A DNA stretch of 64,000 nucleotides from Octopus vulgaris. Lineage: Eukaryota. Below, one piece after another: positions 62,284 through 64,000 of the stretch. The number at the start of each line of letters is the position of its first letter. Positions within the stretch are counted from its first letter, which is position 1. The stretch covers positions 21,700,001 through 21,764,000 of the forward strand of contig OX597818.1 of the NCBI GenBank assembly GCA_951406725.2. The letters are read 5' to 3'. The position numbers were made by a program, and so were the translations under genes. The notes beneath the pieces are model-generated. The model saw nothing but the letters and a program-made list of their open reading frames with translations. It ran no database searches and was not told the DNA's origin.

Positions 62284-64000
62284 GTAATGCACATACACAT
62301 ATATGTTCCTTCATGTTGTTCATGAAAATAATTTCAATCACCACTTTAACCCCACCACTAAAAAAAGATATTTCCCCCATTAAACTAAAAAAAAAATAAA
62401 TTTAAAAAAATTTTTTAAATGTATTTTTTCCAGAGGTTTCCTTATTTCTTAAATGCATGCTTCATATGGGCTGAATTTATGTATTTTATTACATCATTTT
62501 TTCTGAACAACTGTTATAGGGAAAGCTAATCTGACATCTTGCCTGTCCTCTATTTTCTAGCATGGTTCTGTTATTTAGAACTTTCTAGATGTTTTCCATG
62601 ATATTTCATTCAAACTAGACTTTGATTTATAAAGATAGATTAAATTCTGTATTTTTTTTCATTGGTATTATAAATGGTAATGTAAAGCTAGATTTAGTAA
62701 ATTATGTTATTTGAGCAGATAAAATAAAGGCTGAATTTTACTAAAGCAAAGGATTAAGACCATGATACTTTTTTAAAATGTAATGTTTTAATAAAATTCA
62801 ATAGGTTTCATCATATTTATGTGTTACAAAAGCAATATTATCTGATTTTTTCCTTATCTATTACTTAACACCCAAATTTACATTACTAAACATTCCCACT
62901 TAAACACTACTAAACTTTCCCAATAAAAATCATTCCCGTTTGCTTTGTGTTTCTAGCACAGTGTGATAAGCATTCAATTCAGTTGAAAATCAATAAATTA
63001 AACTTTATTCTAGTTTCCATTAGTCTTCAAAATTTAATATCCATTTGTTTATTATTTTCTTCATTATTTAACATATAAAAAAAAGTATTGTTTAATTAAC
63101 ATAGTTTAATAGCTTTATCACAATCTAAGATTTTGAATCTAAAACATATGACCTTTATTTCAAAAGACAATAGGAGAATTTGTAGAGAGAGAGCTCCAGA
63201 TGCTACATTGAACAGATGACACACCCTTATTGGCATAATATATTCTTATGGAGCTAGCATGGGAAATATTTTAACAAATGTTTACACAGCTGAATGCTTT
63301 ACATACTGTAGCCAACTTAAACATTTCCTTCCAAAGCAAGTGAAGGACAAGTTAAATAATACTACTTTGCATATCACTTAAACATAGTGGCAAGGTGTGC
63401 ATGGTTTTAATGTCAGTAGTTCAGTGCTTATAACCTCATTGTTGCTGTATATGTAAAAATGTGTTAAGAATAAAAGAACGAGCGTGTTCTGAGTTCAAAT
63501 ACCACCAAGGTTGACTTTGCCTTTTGTCCTTTTGGAACCAGGCTGCTACTGGAGAAGGTATCACAGCATGTATCATTCAAGATGTGGGGGTCTCTCACTG
63601 CAAAACAGGAAAATTGTTATGCTGTTTAGCTTTTTACTACCCCTTCTATTCAACCCTTGCTGAAGCTGGAAAGGAAAGCCTATGGTGTCTAAGCCATGCT
63701 TTATTATCTCATTGAGAGCCATGTGGCATGGAAGGCAGCCAGCTCTATAATGGTATGACAATGGGTGGAGGCCAAAAGAGTCCACAGTGAGTTTGCAGCA
63801 GCATTTGTAAAACTCACAGATCCAGAGGCCAAGCCTCAGGGAAACACTAATGCAATGTAACTCAGCTTACTTAACAAAACATTCATGAAATAAGCAGTCC
63901 TACCCCATCTCACTCTGCCTACAGTAGATTGTGACATTTATGAGTCAGTGAGGAAACCTCTATGCAGTCACTTAATTTGCTAGAAGCAGCAGTCAAATCT

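Overview
AT-rich, microsatellite-dense eukaryotic genomic DNA. The repeat families (tRNA-derived SINEs, RTE LINEs with (GAT)n tails, TTAA-ended MITEs) look like those of an Octopus (coleoid cephalopod) genome; this is an inference from repeat recognition, not a database result. Most of the window is intron of one + strand gene. I can assemble 8 exons (14204-14256, 24249-24398, 34275-34424, 47480-48064, 55501-55569, 59658-59732, 60340-60533, 61992-62283) into a continuous reading frame for a Ser/Pro/Thr-rich, probably disordered protein with PPSY, repeated WKP and SKGKGV motifs; the gene continues beyond the window. The introns hold a full-length but inactivated IR/DR-type Tc1 (DD34E), an internally deleted Chapaev3-like transposon, an older TIR element, several RTE and CR1-like LINE fragments, many SINEs (one family strongly antisense-biased and stacked in tandem) and MITEs. 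Most notable: two clear and two weaker Penelope-type hammerhead ribozyme folds, a ~235 bp locally templated inverted insertion inside a SINE, tandem pseudoknot-like units in the RTE 3' UTR, and a run of symmetric phase-1 exons. Nearly all other ORFs in the track are microsatellite or repeat artefacts.
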